A DNA stretch of 34,472 nt. Source: Catajapyx aquilonaris (taxonomy: Eukaryota). Positions 22,659-34,139 of the stretch are shown piece by piece. The notes beneath the pieces are model-generated. The model was not told the origin of the DNA, made no database searches, and was given only the letters and a program-made list of their open reading frames with translations. Where the stretch lies: NCBI GenBank assembly GCA_000934665.2, contig JYFJ02004145.1, forward strand, positions 1 to 34,472, written 5' to 3'. Each line of letters opens with the position of its first letter. The first letter of the stretch is position 1. Made by a program: the position numbers and the translations under genes.

Positions 22659-25250
22659 GGGGAGAGTAGGGTAATGGCGCTCACCTCAGTTCCCGCCAAA
22701 CGACAAAAGACTGAGCGTCATGAAAGGTGCTACCATCTCCCTCCTAGTGTCACATATAACCAAGAAAGAAATGGCACCCGAGGCTGTGCCTAGTACTGAG
22801 TTGTGAATGTAAATGTACTTTTTGGCACTTTTCTTCTAAGGGCTACCCTTTCTTCTCGCCGCTCTAAGTTGCTTATCGTTATCTTAACGACTGTGGGGTA
22901 AATACCAGTGAAAATCTCATTCAATTCTTGTAGAAATGGCGTGGTTTGTTAGGCCTACGCTTGTTGTGCATTTCCCTAGCAGGCCTACGTCATCATCGCA
23001 TGAAAATCGGGCAATGGCGCTCAGCGTGAGTGCCATTGCCCGACTGATGAGCGCCATTGCCCGACTGATTTGAGCGATTTCCTTAACTGATTTCAGCGAA
23101 TGACTTATTGATTTAATGCACTTTCCAGAACGTTTTAGCACACTTTGATCATGCCGCGTAAGAGGGAAGTCTCAGCGAAGGCTAAATGGAGCATCGATGC
23201 TATGAAAATGGCAATCGAAGCGGTGAAAGGTGGGAATGGTGTCCGCGAATCGTCCCGAAGATTTGGTGTCCCCTTCAGTAGCCTGCGTGATAGACTTAGA
23301 GCAGGGACATGCTTCGAACCCCGAATGGGAAGGAAGTCTGTGTTTACTGAAGAACAGGAAAGGGAGTTGCGGGACCACTTGATCACTCTCGCTAACATGT
23401 TTTATGGACTAACTCCATTGGATGTGCGTAAAGTAGCCTTCGACTTTGCTGACAAAAACAACATACCCCACAATTTCAACACATCCAGCAAAATTGCTGG
23501 AAAGGACTGGCTATATGGCTTTCAGACACGCAACCCAGACATTTCTCTCAGGAAGCCAGAGGCGACCAGCGTCAACAGAATCAAGGCTTTCAACAAGAAA
23601 GATGTGGGAGTATTTTCTACTAATCTTGAGACTGTTATGGAGAAATACCATTTCGCACCAAAAAACATCTACAATGTCGATGAGACGGGGGTTACAACGG
23701 TTCAAAAACCAAGTAAGGTATATGCAGCCAAAGGTCAAAAGCAAGTTGGTAGTGCAACTAGTTGGGAACGCGATAAGAACGTCACTCTGTGTTGTGCAAT
23801 GAATGCAGAGGGTGGATTTGTACCTCCGATGTTCATTTCCCCCCGTATAAGAATGAATCCTCAATTAGAGAAAGGTCGTCCCCCAGGTTCCATCTACACT
23901 TGCACCAAAAGTGGTTGGATGACGGAGGAAGTGTTCACGGCATGGCTTGCACATTTCATAAAGCATTCACACGCTTCAGTGGCTAATCCAGTGCTACTTA
24001 TCCTTGACAATCATACAAGCCATATCTCCTTGGATTCCTACAACCTGTGCCGAAAGAATGGAATCACCATGCTTTCCCTGCCACCACACACGTCGCACAA
24101 ACTGCAGCCGTTAGACGTCACTTTTTACTTCCCCCTCAAATCAGCATACAACAGAGAGTGTGATATGTTCATGAAAAGTCACACATACGAAAAAATCACA
24201 CCATACGAAATGGCATCCCTCGTTGGAAAGGCTTACGGTCGTGTAGCAACTGTAGAAAAGGCAATTAGTGGGTTTAAGAAAACAGGGATATATCCAATGG
24301 ACCCCTATGTATTTGACGAATCTGAGTTCATGATGGATGACCCCATTTCTGAGCCAAGACCGCCCATTTGGCCAACACCAGAGCCAGCCAAAGAGTCGCA
24401 AGGTCAGGAACTCCGACACAAAACTGACCAACAAAATGGAGCTGGATCAACATCCGGAGAGGAACCTGTTGCTGGACCGTCTGGTGAGAGGCCGGTGCGT
24501 TTCAGTGACATCAGCCCTGTTCCACAGCTACGAGAACAGCAAGGCAGCAGGAAGAAACAAAAGTCTGAAATCTTAACAACGACACCAATGAAGTCGATGC
24601 TAGAGGACAAAGCCAGGAAGAAGAAGGAAAAATTATCCGCAGTGGGAAAGAAGGGCAAGCAAAGGGCTACCAAGACAGGAGCAAAAAAAAAATAAAAATG
24701 CTAAGAGGAAACTGAAATTGGTGGATACTTCATCCGATGATGATATTGATCCCGCCAAACTATGCGACGACAGAAGTGATGACACATCCATGGAAATGGG
24801 GCCGGACTGTAACTATTGCCTAGTTTGCGAAGAATTTGGAAGAGACAATGAACTATGGTACAGGTGTACAATTTGTGGTCGGTGGGCTCATACAGCATGT
24901 AGTGGAGTGGAAAGTGAGAAGAACTATACATGTGACTTTCTTGTAGAGGGAAAGTAGACCTATTGTCAAATCTGAGCTTCACCCTGGCCATAGTGATGGT
25001 AACCGATGTAATCTCGTGTTCCATGGGTGAGCGCCATTACCCGCCGAGTGGCGGGCAATCCCGCTCAGGGAGGGGCTTTTAAAAATGGCTACAACTGTTT
25101 AAGTAATTGATTAAGCTTTTTTACTTTTCATGTGTTTTGGAGAAAATCGGCGAATCTATCGCATTATTATACAGACGTTTCTTTAAAAAAAATAAGGAAG
25201 ATATGAAATGGCCTTTTTGCTTAAGTGAGCGCCATTACCCTACTCTCCCC
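22659..25250 (+). mobile_element. Complete pogo-superfamily (Fot-like, DD35D) DNA transposon, 2592 bp
   Basis: Perfect 26-bp TIRs GGGGAGAGTAGGGTAATGGCGCTCAC (22659-22684, 25225-25250) with TA on both flanks. Internal GAGCGCCATTGCCCG-type repeats near 23008-23063 and 25028-25067. Confidence 0.95.
23151..24957 (+). CDS. pogo/Fot-like transposase (HTH + DDD + PHD-like finger) with one frameshift in an A10 run
   Basis: YNVDETG, LILDNHTSH and LQPLDV with 35 residues between D2 and D3. Removing one A at 24683-24692 joins the ORF to CLVCEE...WYRCTICGRWAHTAC. Confidence 0.9.
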
Positions 25251-25252
25251 TA

Positions 25253-25308
25253 AGCAGCTTTGGCCGATTTTGTCAATAATTAAAACGACAAAAAGTTTGA
25301 CCGCCCTG
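25253..25308. mobile_element. Tc1/mariner-like terminus scrap
   Basis: Ends AAAAGTTTGACCGCCCTG followed by TA. Confidence 0.35.
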
Positions 25309-25906
25309 TATACGCTGACCTGCCTGTGAGACGAAATCTGACCTCTTCCTGCTGGTTGCTGTTGTTGTTGTCTTTCAATGTGTAAGCTGGTCAGTTAAAA
25401 TTATGTATACGTATATATTATTTAATACTAGCAACAAAACCACATGTAGGCCCCTAATTAAGAATCTGGATATAGGCTATGTACAGTATAGCCATCGTCT
25501 GCAGTCGGAGTAACCTCCACAAACTGTTTTTCTCCTATGGTTGGTGCAAAAATCTTTCTGCAATTTTTTTTCTTCCTTTGCATCAATAATAACTCCCTGC
25601 CCTAATGCAACATGATATGATCGAAGAGTTGGATCATTTCCCATTTCTGTTGCAAATCTTTAAAGATCGTTCCCCCCTTCTTCAGTCCTCGGGTTAAAAG
25701 TAATATTAGCAACTTGAGTTGATATGCTATACCATGTGTTGATATGCTATACCATGTGTTGGATGGCAACCAATAAAGGGCAAGTGGACATGCCTGTTTT
25801 TTTTTCCTCCTATGGTTGGTGCAAGTTGGAGAGAGTACAGGCCTCGTCACCTGAGCGCAATGGAGAAATACGAGTAAGTTATGTTTCATCCCCATGGTCA
25901 CTATGA

Positions 25907-26176
25907 TCAGGCTAAGCTAACTTTCTCTTCGTCTGTTGGAGAGCCAGTGTCACTTGATCCACCTGCACTCGCGTAAGCCTGGATGATCGTCACCACTTCC
26001 GGATGGTCGTGCCGCATCTTTGCCAAATCCAGCGGTGTCTTCCCGTCAGTGTCCTGGGCTCCTGTGCCTGCCCCATGCGAAATCATGGCCATGTGTGGCA
26101 GCATGGTGAAGCGGAGTAGGCTACGGCCAAACACAGAACTGACATCCATATCACTGTCAACTTTGAAGCAATATAT
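25907..26176 (-). pseudogene. Ankyrin-repeat terminal exon, degenerate
   Basis: Minus-strand acceptor near 26177. TPLHHAATHGH in one frame, then ISHGAGTGAQDTDGKTPLDLA...HPEVVTII and a stop. Confidence 0.75.
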
Positions 26177-26282
26177 CTGTGGCTCCAGGGAAAAAGGGGA
26201 TAAGTTCTATTCTTGCAATGTCCGGGTTATGGCACCAGTTTCCATAAAAATATGTGAAGTAGGTCTGGGGAAAAGGGGATAA

Positions 26283-26970
26283 GTCTACAACAGCCGCCGT
26301 CATAGCAACAAAAAGTACCTACCAGGTTTCTTGACAATAACTAAAATGTATGACTTGTACAAGGAGATGCACCCTAACACTCACGTATCCAGGACCATCT
26401 ATGAATCCTTGTTCCACAAACATAACTTATCATTCAAAGCACCTCAGCTTGACACCTGCCACTTGTGGGACACACTGGCTACAAAGATTTCCCTGGCATA
26501 CGAGGAAGAAAAGAAACTCTTATTAGAAGAAAGGGACAAGCACCATGGACGTGCTGACATGGCATTTCAGGCAAAGGATGCCGACAAGAAGGAAGCAAAG
26601 AGTGATGCCAGCGTCAGGGTGTATGCATTTGATCTCCAGCAGTGCCTCCCAACTCCCAGCCTATCATCCTCTGTGGCCTTCTACAAGCGACAATTGTGGA
26701 CCTTTAATCTGACGGTCTGCAATTGCGAAAACGGAATGGCTGTATGCTACATGTGGCATGAGGCAATTGGAGGCAGAGGGGCAAATCAAATTGCCTCATG
26801 TCTCTACCACTTCTTGTGCAATTTGGAGCCGCATGTGAAGCAGGTAATCTTCTATTCACACACATGTGGAGGCCAAAACAAGAACTCCCATGTGGCGGCA
26901 ATGTTTCTGGCAGCCATGGCTTGTAACCGGAATTTGGAAATAATCGATCATAAGTTCATGGTGTCTGGCC
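26283..26970 (+). mobile_element. Second, divergent Sola1-type transposase fragment
   Basis: LTITKMYDLY, PQLDTC, FDLQQCLPTP, FYKRQLWTFN, WHEAIGGRGANQIASC and CGGQNKN. Confidence 0.85.
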
Positions 26971-27224
26971 GATATTTTGACAAAATATCGAAAACTGGAG
27001 GTTATTTTTTGTTCTGGCAACCACGCGTTGACAGCGACCCTCCAGGCCTGCATCCTGCTTCCTGCAATCCTCCATCCCTTTTGCCGGAGGGGGCTACGGG
27101 ACTTGGGCAACGGCGGGATCTAATCAACTAATCCGGAACGGAAGGAGAGCACGGGGGACGGGGGTCGGGGGCTCGGGGGCACCTAAGACCTTACACGCCC
27201 ACACGGACTCATGCCCTCACGGCG

Positions 27225-27263
27225 CACAGTGGGGCCAATGACCGATTTAGCCGGACAAAAATT
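27225..27263 (+). mobile_element. Isolated Transib-type TIR with 23-RSS geometry
   Basis: CACAGTG (27225-27231), a 23-nt spacer, then ACAAAAATT (27255-27263). Confidence 0.6.
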
Positions 27264-27287
27264 GAAAAAAAAAAAAACAAATCCACG

Positions 27288-28172
27288 ATGAATCCGTACT
27301 ACCAGAGTGATAAAAAGAGAGCAGGTCTCAAACTGAAGCAAGAGGTGCCAACGAGGTGGAACTCTACCTTTTTTATGCTGGAGCGCTTTCTGTTGCTGGC
27401 ACCATCGATTGGGAGCGCCATTCTGAATAACCGGGCTGCCCCAGAAATGATTTCAGCCAGGGATCTTGAACTGTTACGAGATATTTGCAAGTTGCTGCAA
27501 CCACTCGAAAAAGTTACCAGAGAGGTGTCAGGAGGAGCCTATACTACAATTAGCAAAGTCATAGTGCTGTATCACTGTATGAAAGATGCCCTGTCGCGGG
27601 AGTCAACATCCACGGACATTGGAAAAGAGTTTAAGGTCAAACTGACGGACAATCTGGGGAAGCGGTTTGGGAAATGCGAGGAAAATTCTTTCCTGGCAGT
27701 TGCCACTATGATGGATCCACGTTTCAAAAAACTACATTTCTCAAAAAATCCTGTGGCCTGTAGCTCAGCTGTGTTCAAAATTAACGATGAAATCAAGTCC
27801 ATGTCCCAGTCTTCTGAAATTCACCAGGGAGGTCAGTCCACTTTTTGTTGTTGCTGTTGTTGTTGTTGTTGTTGTTTTCACGGTGTGCATATTTTTATGT
27901 CACGTATGTAGCATATTTGGGTTTTGATATTTATTCAGACCAATTTTACTTTCTTCAGCTTCTGCAGACATGAATGTAGAAGATGGGAAAGAAACCAGCA
28001 TCTGGGACTTCCACGGAAAGGCAGTCAAGAGGAGCCGTAGGGAAGCAAAGTACGAGGCAAGCACCAGCAGTAGCTCGACCCTGTCACCGGCATTGAAGAG
28101 ATATTTGGGGATGCCACTTTGTAACATCAGCGAAAATCCTCTGCAGAAGTGGCAAGAAATGGGACCAGCCCT
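27288..28172 (+). mobile_element. hAT (ZBED/hobo-Ac-like) transposase fragment with intron 27832-27958
   Basis: LKQEVPTRWNSTFFMLERF and ATMMDPRFK. Phase-1 GT-AG intron containing (TGT)n, then SIWDFH...LKRYL...NPLQKW. Confidence 0.88.
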
Positions 28173-28568
28173 GGGTACCTGCTGGGTACTGACATAACTG
28201 GTGGTGCAAGACCAACACAAGTGGAGGCAGATGGAATGATGGCTGCAACCACCAAGTGAAACCAGTGAAAATCCTATGGGGACCTAGAAGAAGTGTACCC
28301 CTAAAGATGGGCCACACAAAATGGTTCAGAGCTCTTCATCCCCTAACAGGACAGTGGGATTATCTGAGACAAAATTAAAACACCCAATTGTGTTAATGTG
28401 AGCTGCCCAGCAGCCTTCATGGGTCTGTCATGAAGCCCTTTGCTACGTCCAGCTCACCGGGAGAAGCCTCTGCGATTGGTCGAGACATTTCGCGCCAAGT
28501 TGCCCGCCCCTCCCTGCGACCCCACCTCACCCTGCCTGTTCCACTCCCTGCTGGTTCCTCAGTCAAAA

Positions 28569-28620
28569 AAAACAACAAACAAATAAAAACAACAACAACA
28601 ACAACAACAATAATAATAAA
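28569..28620. repeat. (AAC)n/(AAT)n microsatellite
   Basis: Read directly from the sequence. Confidence 0.8.
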
Positions 28621-30653
28621 CGGCGGCAACAGCATCATATGAGGTGTTTGTAGCATACTTTAAGAAACCCATTATTTGGGACGTGCGGACTCGGCAGTAA
28701 CGGACTACGGATTCCAAGGAGAGAGCAAGGGAAGAGGTCACCCAGAACAGCAGGGTGGCTGGTGATTTTTCGCGGCAGAATGTTCCTTGCCGTTCCATTC
28801 CTGTGTTCTCTTTATTATTCCCTACCACCCCTCTTGTGGCCAAGCTGGAGACAAATTGATACAGACATGACCAACCAGCCCATACGAATTTCCCACATGT
28901 GACTCGTTCTTTGAGCAAGTTGTTCCATCACTCAGGCAGGAACAAGGACGTCTAGTCATCACAGATGATGGTGGCAACCAGGCCCATGGGTCTTCTTCCC
29001 AACTGCTACCCTCACGTTGTCCCCGCCAGTACCCCGCAAGGGATCTCTTGATGGTTGGGGGATTGATGCCCTTCCCTTCCCTCCTTCCTACAGGCCTCCT
29101 CCTCAAGCATCCATCAGGTCCTTCCGCAGGACGGTTGGCTTTGTACTTCAGCCACATGTGATTCTATAGGCAAGGTTGGTTATGTAACCATCATCATCCC
29201 TCATGGCTTTTCCCAAAGGCCTGGGGTTGCCAATGGATAACTGTGGTCGTCACTACCCTCATATAACCTTTTTTTACCAATTCTCGAGCCTGGTCAGGTA
29301 CTCGCAAAAAATGGGGGGAGAAATACAACAGAGTGCCAACTAGTCAGGCTATGCTGGGTTGTTCACTTCTGCGGTGTCCCTGGAGACGTCCAACCCCAAA
29401 GGATGGGTGAGGCAGGCGTGCCATCTCCCTGCTGAGTTGTTGGCACCACCAGACGGAACAAAGGAGAGTAGCAAAACCTCCAGGGTCTTGTTTGGAATGC
29501 CTTCTACTTGCTGAATCATTGCCAACAGGTAAAGCATGCGATATAAAACCCAGATGTGATGCTGCGTAGATGTGCCTTTTCCAATCTGCAAAAAAAGAAG
29601 GTGCGTATTAATTTTCAATTTATATCACACATTCAAGACATTAGAAAAATGGCAATCACAACACCTAGCATCCGAATGTCATAAAATATTTTATCAACAC
29701 CCCATTTCTCCTTTTAAAAAATACGTCCAAGCCATGTTACTTTTGTGGCAAAATCAATGAAAAAAATCTGTTTCTGGCTAACACTGGACACTTGTTAGAA
29801 TTTCTGACTAAGTGGCTAACACATCCATGCAATGGCTGGTGTGTCTCAAAATAAGTACCTACTACGCTACACCCATTTCTTGAAGAGGATTCCCATTTAC
29901 GTTGATGAATCTAATGAACCGGCAATTCAAGTGAGAGGGATGTAGTGAAGTATCACCTAAGGGGCAGCTGGGATGTACCCAATTTAATTTTAGGTAATGA
30001 AAACTGCGGGTTAAAAAAAGCTCGGCTCATATGTGCAAACAAAAAAACAGATCCTTAAAATCGGTTGTGGCATTCGTCATACATCTACAAACTGAGCCAT
30101 TCCAGGACAAATCACGCAAAGGACTTCACCCCCCCTATCCCAATGAAATTTGGTATGATAATTCTCCATGAGGAATAGATCATGAACCAAGTTTTTCGAA
30201 CAATTCTGGGTCATTAGGTCACATGAAGTGAAGTGGGAAAAATCCCGTAAAAGGCCCCACACACTTGGACGAACAACCCTATGTCTCGTTGACTACACTG
30301 CACAACAATATTTCTGATGTATGAATGTGCTGTCAGGATTGAGAGATTGTAACGATTGAATGTTCAAATTTTTGAAGTCTGAATAAAGGTGTCACATGTA
30401 GAATTCATTGTTAAAAGATATTAAGGTCAACTAACTACCTCCTTCATCCTTGAAATTTATATCCTGTGTTCTGTACTTCATCCAGCATTTTTTACATATT
30501 TTCCCAGGGTGGTCCCTCAGTGAGTTTCAGAGTAATAAAATAAAACAGATAAAACAGGCAGGCTGTGAACATGTGGCATGTTCCCAACCTCCTTCACGAC
30601 AGATGGACCATAATGCCAACCCTGCCAGATTTGTGACAAATTTCGTGTCGTTA

Positions 30654-31316
30654 AGGTGCGTTCACATATACGCGAATAAACACTTGCGAGCAATTTTCAG
30701 GTTTTGCTTTTTCGCGTCTTTTACGTCATGAATCGAGCGAATTTTTGGAAAATTTTCCAGCCATTCATGTGTCCACTATGCGATGAAACTTACTAGTTAG
30801 TTATGGAGCATGCGCTGTGCAGCAGGGCAGGTAGGAGGGAGGACGGGGACGTGTGGGTAGGGGGAGGTCTTGGGCTGAGAAAGATGGCGGAGGCAGCCGC
30901 CATGGCAGTGAAAATGCTGCTGAACCGACTTCGGAAGGGCATCCAGGTCACAGTGCACCAAGTGGGGCAATAGCTGGACATGGTGCGGAGGCTGGCCGGG
31001 TCTGGAGTTAGCGACAAAAAAATAGGTAACTTCCGAGCTCGGGCACCAGCATCCCTAACGTGGCAGGGGAAGGCCGATAAGTCCGCGTGGCTTGAACCAG
31101 CTACAAAATTTGCTCGCGTCAAAAAATCCCTTCTATCTGGCTCTGCCAGAGGACCGCGATTTTTACGTGATTTACGTGAGTGACCAAAAGTGACCAAAAT
31201 TTGCCCATGTCTAGGAGAAAATCGCCGATACGAGAATTACTTTGGCCAGACGTGAATTCGCTGAAAGCTGAAATTCACTCGCTTTTGATCAAAATCACGT
31301 ACATGTGAACGCACCT
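30654..31316. mobile_element. PIF/Harbinger-type MITE nested in the foldback element
   Basis: TIRs AGGTGCGTTCACAT / ATGTGAACGCACCT with a TTA duplication (30651-30653, 31317-31319). Confidence 0.8.
30800..31100 (+). mobile_element. GC-rich insert in the MITE, possibly an R2-group LINE post-RT fragment
   Basis: GGLGLRKMAEAAAMAVKMLLNRL...LTWQGKA, with an abrupt composition change. Confidence 0.3.
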
Positions 31317-31607
31317 TTATACAACCAAAATACAGAGTTGACTGACATGTTTTGTTTTATTATGTGGAAACTCACTGAGGGACCACTGAAAAAATCAGTA
31401 AAAAATGGTCGTTGAAGTACAGAACACAGTATATATAATTTTTAAGGCCAAAGGAGGTAGTTAGTTGACCTTAATAAATTTTTCAGCGATGAGCTCTAAA
31501 TAGAACACCTTTAGTCCGATCAAAAAAATGTGAACATTCAATCATCGCAATCTCTCAATCCTGGACAGCACATTCGGACATCAGAAATATTGTTGTGCAG
31601 TGTAGTT

Positions 31608-31883
31608 AATAATAATAATAATAATGGATACCCCGTGCTAGGCCTCCTTGGGCCTCTTAGGGGATCATCTTTTATTTACCCGACTTTAATCATTGCCTTT
31701 GCTGTGATGGATTTTGATAGCGGGAGGAAACGGGAGAACCCCGAGAAAACCCACGCAAACACGGAGAGAACCCATCGAAACTCTATCCACATAAGAGTCC
31801 TCCGTCCGACCCGGGGATCGAACTCGGGACCTTAGAGGTGGAAGGCTGCGGCGCTAACCACTCCGCCACCGTGTCGCCCTTAA
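31608..31883 (-). mobile_element. tRNA-derived SINE with V-domain-like core and (TTA)n tail
   Basis: On the minus strand: A box TGGCGGAGTGG, B box GAGTTCGATCCC, core GCGTGGGTTTTCTCGGGGTTCTCCCGTTTCCTCCC. 13-bp TSD GTGCAGTGTAGTT (31595-31607, 31884-31896). Confidence 0.92.
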
Positions 31884-32428
31884 GTGCAGTGTAGTTCACG
31901 AGACATATGGTCGTTTGTCCATGGGTGTGGGGCCTTGTACTAGTTTTTATGGTATTTTCCTCATTTAATTTTGACATAATGACGCTAAACTGTTTCAAAA
32001 AATTTGATTTGAGCTCTATTACTTATGGAGAATTATATTGTACCAAATTTCATTGCGATCAAAAAATAGGGGGTGTAGTCCTTTCGTGAATTGTCCTGGA
32101 ATCGCCTTCCTATCAAATCAATATCCCCCCCCTTCCCCCCAATTTTTCGAGCCTTGCCAGGAGAAGGTCTACTATCTTGCCTTTTGAAGTTCCTTTCATT
32201 CCAGTTTGAAGGCAATGAGAAATTTCACGATGTTGCAAACGTACTTGACAAGTGTCACAGACACAATAAAATATATATGCATATCAGAGGAAATCTGACA
32301 ATGCCGTTTAGACTACTCATGGAGCCTTAAAAATTTGAGATGGGTTTAGTCCAACTGTGACAAATAATGGTGTTGCCGTAATACAGTCAATTTCACCTAA
32401 AAGAAACATTAGTACAGTGTGACAATTA

Positions 32429-32666
32429 CCTCCAGATTAGCCAGGTGAGGCTGATCACCATTGTCATCCCAAACTGAGCTGATGTTTCACTCCATAGCTA
32501 TGGGCCACCATTCCATCCACCGCTAACCAATTTCCCCCTTGAAGCCTCCTTTGAGGGAGTTGTCATGTTCCCAAGACTCATCCCTTGTTGAATTGTTGCC
32601 AAGTGTTTCAAGAAGTTCCTCACGGTTGCCAGTCATTTGATGGCCACGGTCAGATGACTTTTCTTT
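32429..32666 (-). other. Possible minus-strand exon remnant
   Basis: Acceptor TTCATTTTATTTTCAG and donor GAG/GTAATT on the minus strand. In-frame stops and no recognised domain. Confidence 0.3.
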
Positions 32667-34139
32667 CTGAAAATAAAATGAACATCAGTCACACTGTCTA
32701 TTAAACACCAGCAGCTGATCACACAAGATGACCCAATGCAATGGTCAATGCTATTTCGTGAAGGCTCCCCTCACTGTGATAATTTGAATGAGCTTGTTTC
32801 GTACCATATATGGTGGGAATGTAGGTTGTTCGATAGAGGAAGAGGGAGAGTGAGACAGGAGTATGTGGAATTTAGCCGAGAAAACATGTGGAGGGCTCTT
32901 CTGAGCCCCTCAGAAACACAAATGCGGGCCCTATTCTATTATTTTGGTTACATCGCAGACTGGATATACAACTGTTATACTAAGGTGAATCATACTGGTA
33001 TACTCTGAAACATCATTTCCACAACTGAGACAGTTCTATATTTTCTGTAATTTGTAATATTCCTTGCTACCTAATAGTCTGATCTCTGCTGCAAAATAGT
33101 GAAAAGGGAAAACAAAATTGGGCCTACTCCAGGAAAGACTTTTAAAAACATTAATTTTCGTGTTGCTCTTGCATGTTGGAATTAACCTCTTTCAGACTCC
33201 AATGAAATTTAATACCTGGATTTGAACTTGTTGGTTTCATTATTTTAGAGATTTCTGGCATACTGACTGCTGATAATGCTGCGCCAGAAAATATGTACTG
33301 GTACTTTACAATTTTAATATAGCCAATGTAAAGGTTGGACTTCACTAAATTTTGCTAAAAATTTCTATAAAATTTCCAAATTACATCATTAGTTCAGGTG
33401 TTGCATTTACCCCATCTGCAGTAAATAAAACTCTAACTGACCACCTCCCTATGATATTGCATTCCCCTATGGGGTAATTCCGACACTTGTTAGTGATGAT
33501 TTTCGATTCCATATTGCGCAATATTGTACTTTAGATACAGTACGAAAAAAGTTACGAAATGTTTGATGCTGCAAATAGGCCTACCAAGTCTCACCCTAGA
33601 TATTTTAACATTATAAATCATGCGCTTGATTCTCCTCTTTTACAAAACATTAATATTCTGTATTTTAGAGATACACAATAACATTCAAATACCACCATCG
33701 ACATCGCAGAAGAGGTGGGCGGCAGTGGAGGACCGCCAGCTCTGATCGGAACTAATGTACTCCGGAGTCCGGACCATGCACGTTTATCTTTGAGGGGTTT
33801 GGAAATGTCCGAATTGAATTTCTCGACCCTGATAACGTAAGAAATGACACTAGAACGGCCATCACAGCTCAACAGATAAGCCAAAAACACCCAATTTTTT
33901 AAGGCCCTGTTAAAATTCTTTGCGCGACTGTACAAAAATCAATCGAAACTTTCGTTGGCACCTACAACCCTGAAAACACTACATAAGGTGCCTGGAACGC
34001 GGGAAAAAATTAGCGCTTTTGGCTCGAAATACATAATACTTTCAATACGCCACCGTACTAAGAAACCGTGCAATACTGGTTGTTATACAGAAAATTCCTG
34101 GACGACTTGGAACTGCAGAGATTCATATTTGATCACATA

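Larger units (their letters stand above)
30094..32107. mobile_element. Foldback non-autonomous element with diverged inverted arms of about 460 bp (GAG-start, Sola-like)
   Basis: Left arm about 30094-30560 is the imperfect reverse complement of about 31345-32107 once the SINE is removed. Examples: TTAAGGTCAACTAACTACCTCCTT / AAGGAGGTAGTTAGTTGACCTTAA and ATTCCAGGACAA / TTGTCCTGGAAT. Confidence 0.8.

Noticed and set aside
841..23070. Other CTGATGA/CTGAAGA sites (near 841, 2382, 3817, 13271, 21300, 23044) as hammerheads
   Set aside because: They lack a paired stem II followed by GAAA and a closing stem I.
597..25024. Numerous minus-strand ORFs overlapping TE fragments (e.g. 2508-2987, 12782-13072, 23511-23864)
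   Set aside because: Antisense shadows of + strand coding sequence with no recognisable motifs.
25718..25761. 20-bp tandem duplication GTTGATATGCTATACCATGT
   Set aside because: Simple local slippage with two copies and no evidence of function.
27846..27911. Poly-cysteine tail of the hAT ORF
   Set aside because: It is read-through into a (TGT)n microsatellite inside a phase-correct intron.
28190..29790. Possible LINE 5' UTR or other TE pieces
   Set aside because: No motif I can assign. Left unannotated, as are 1-619, 6670-6950, 22010-22650 and 33470-34090.
31800..31880. tRNA gene on the minus strand
   Set aside because: It is the head of a SINE with core, (TTA)n tail and TSD.
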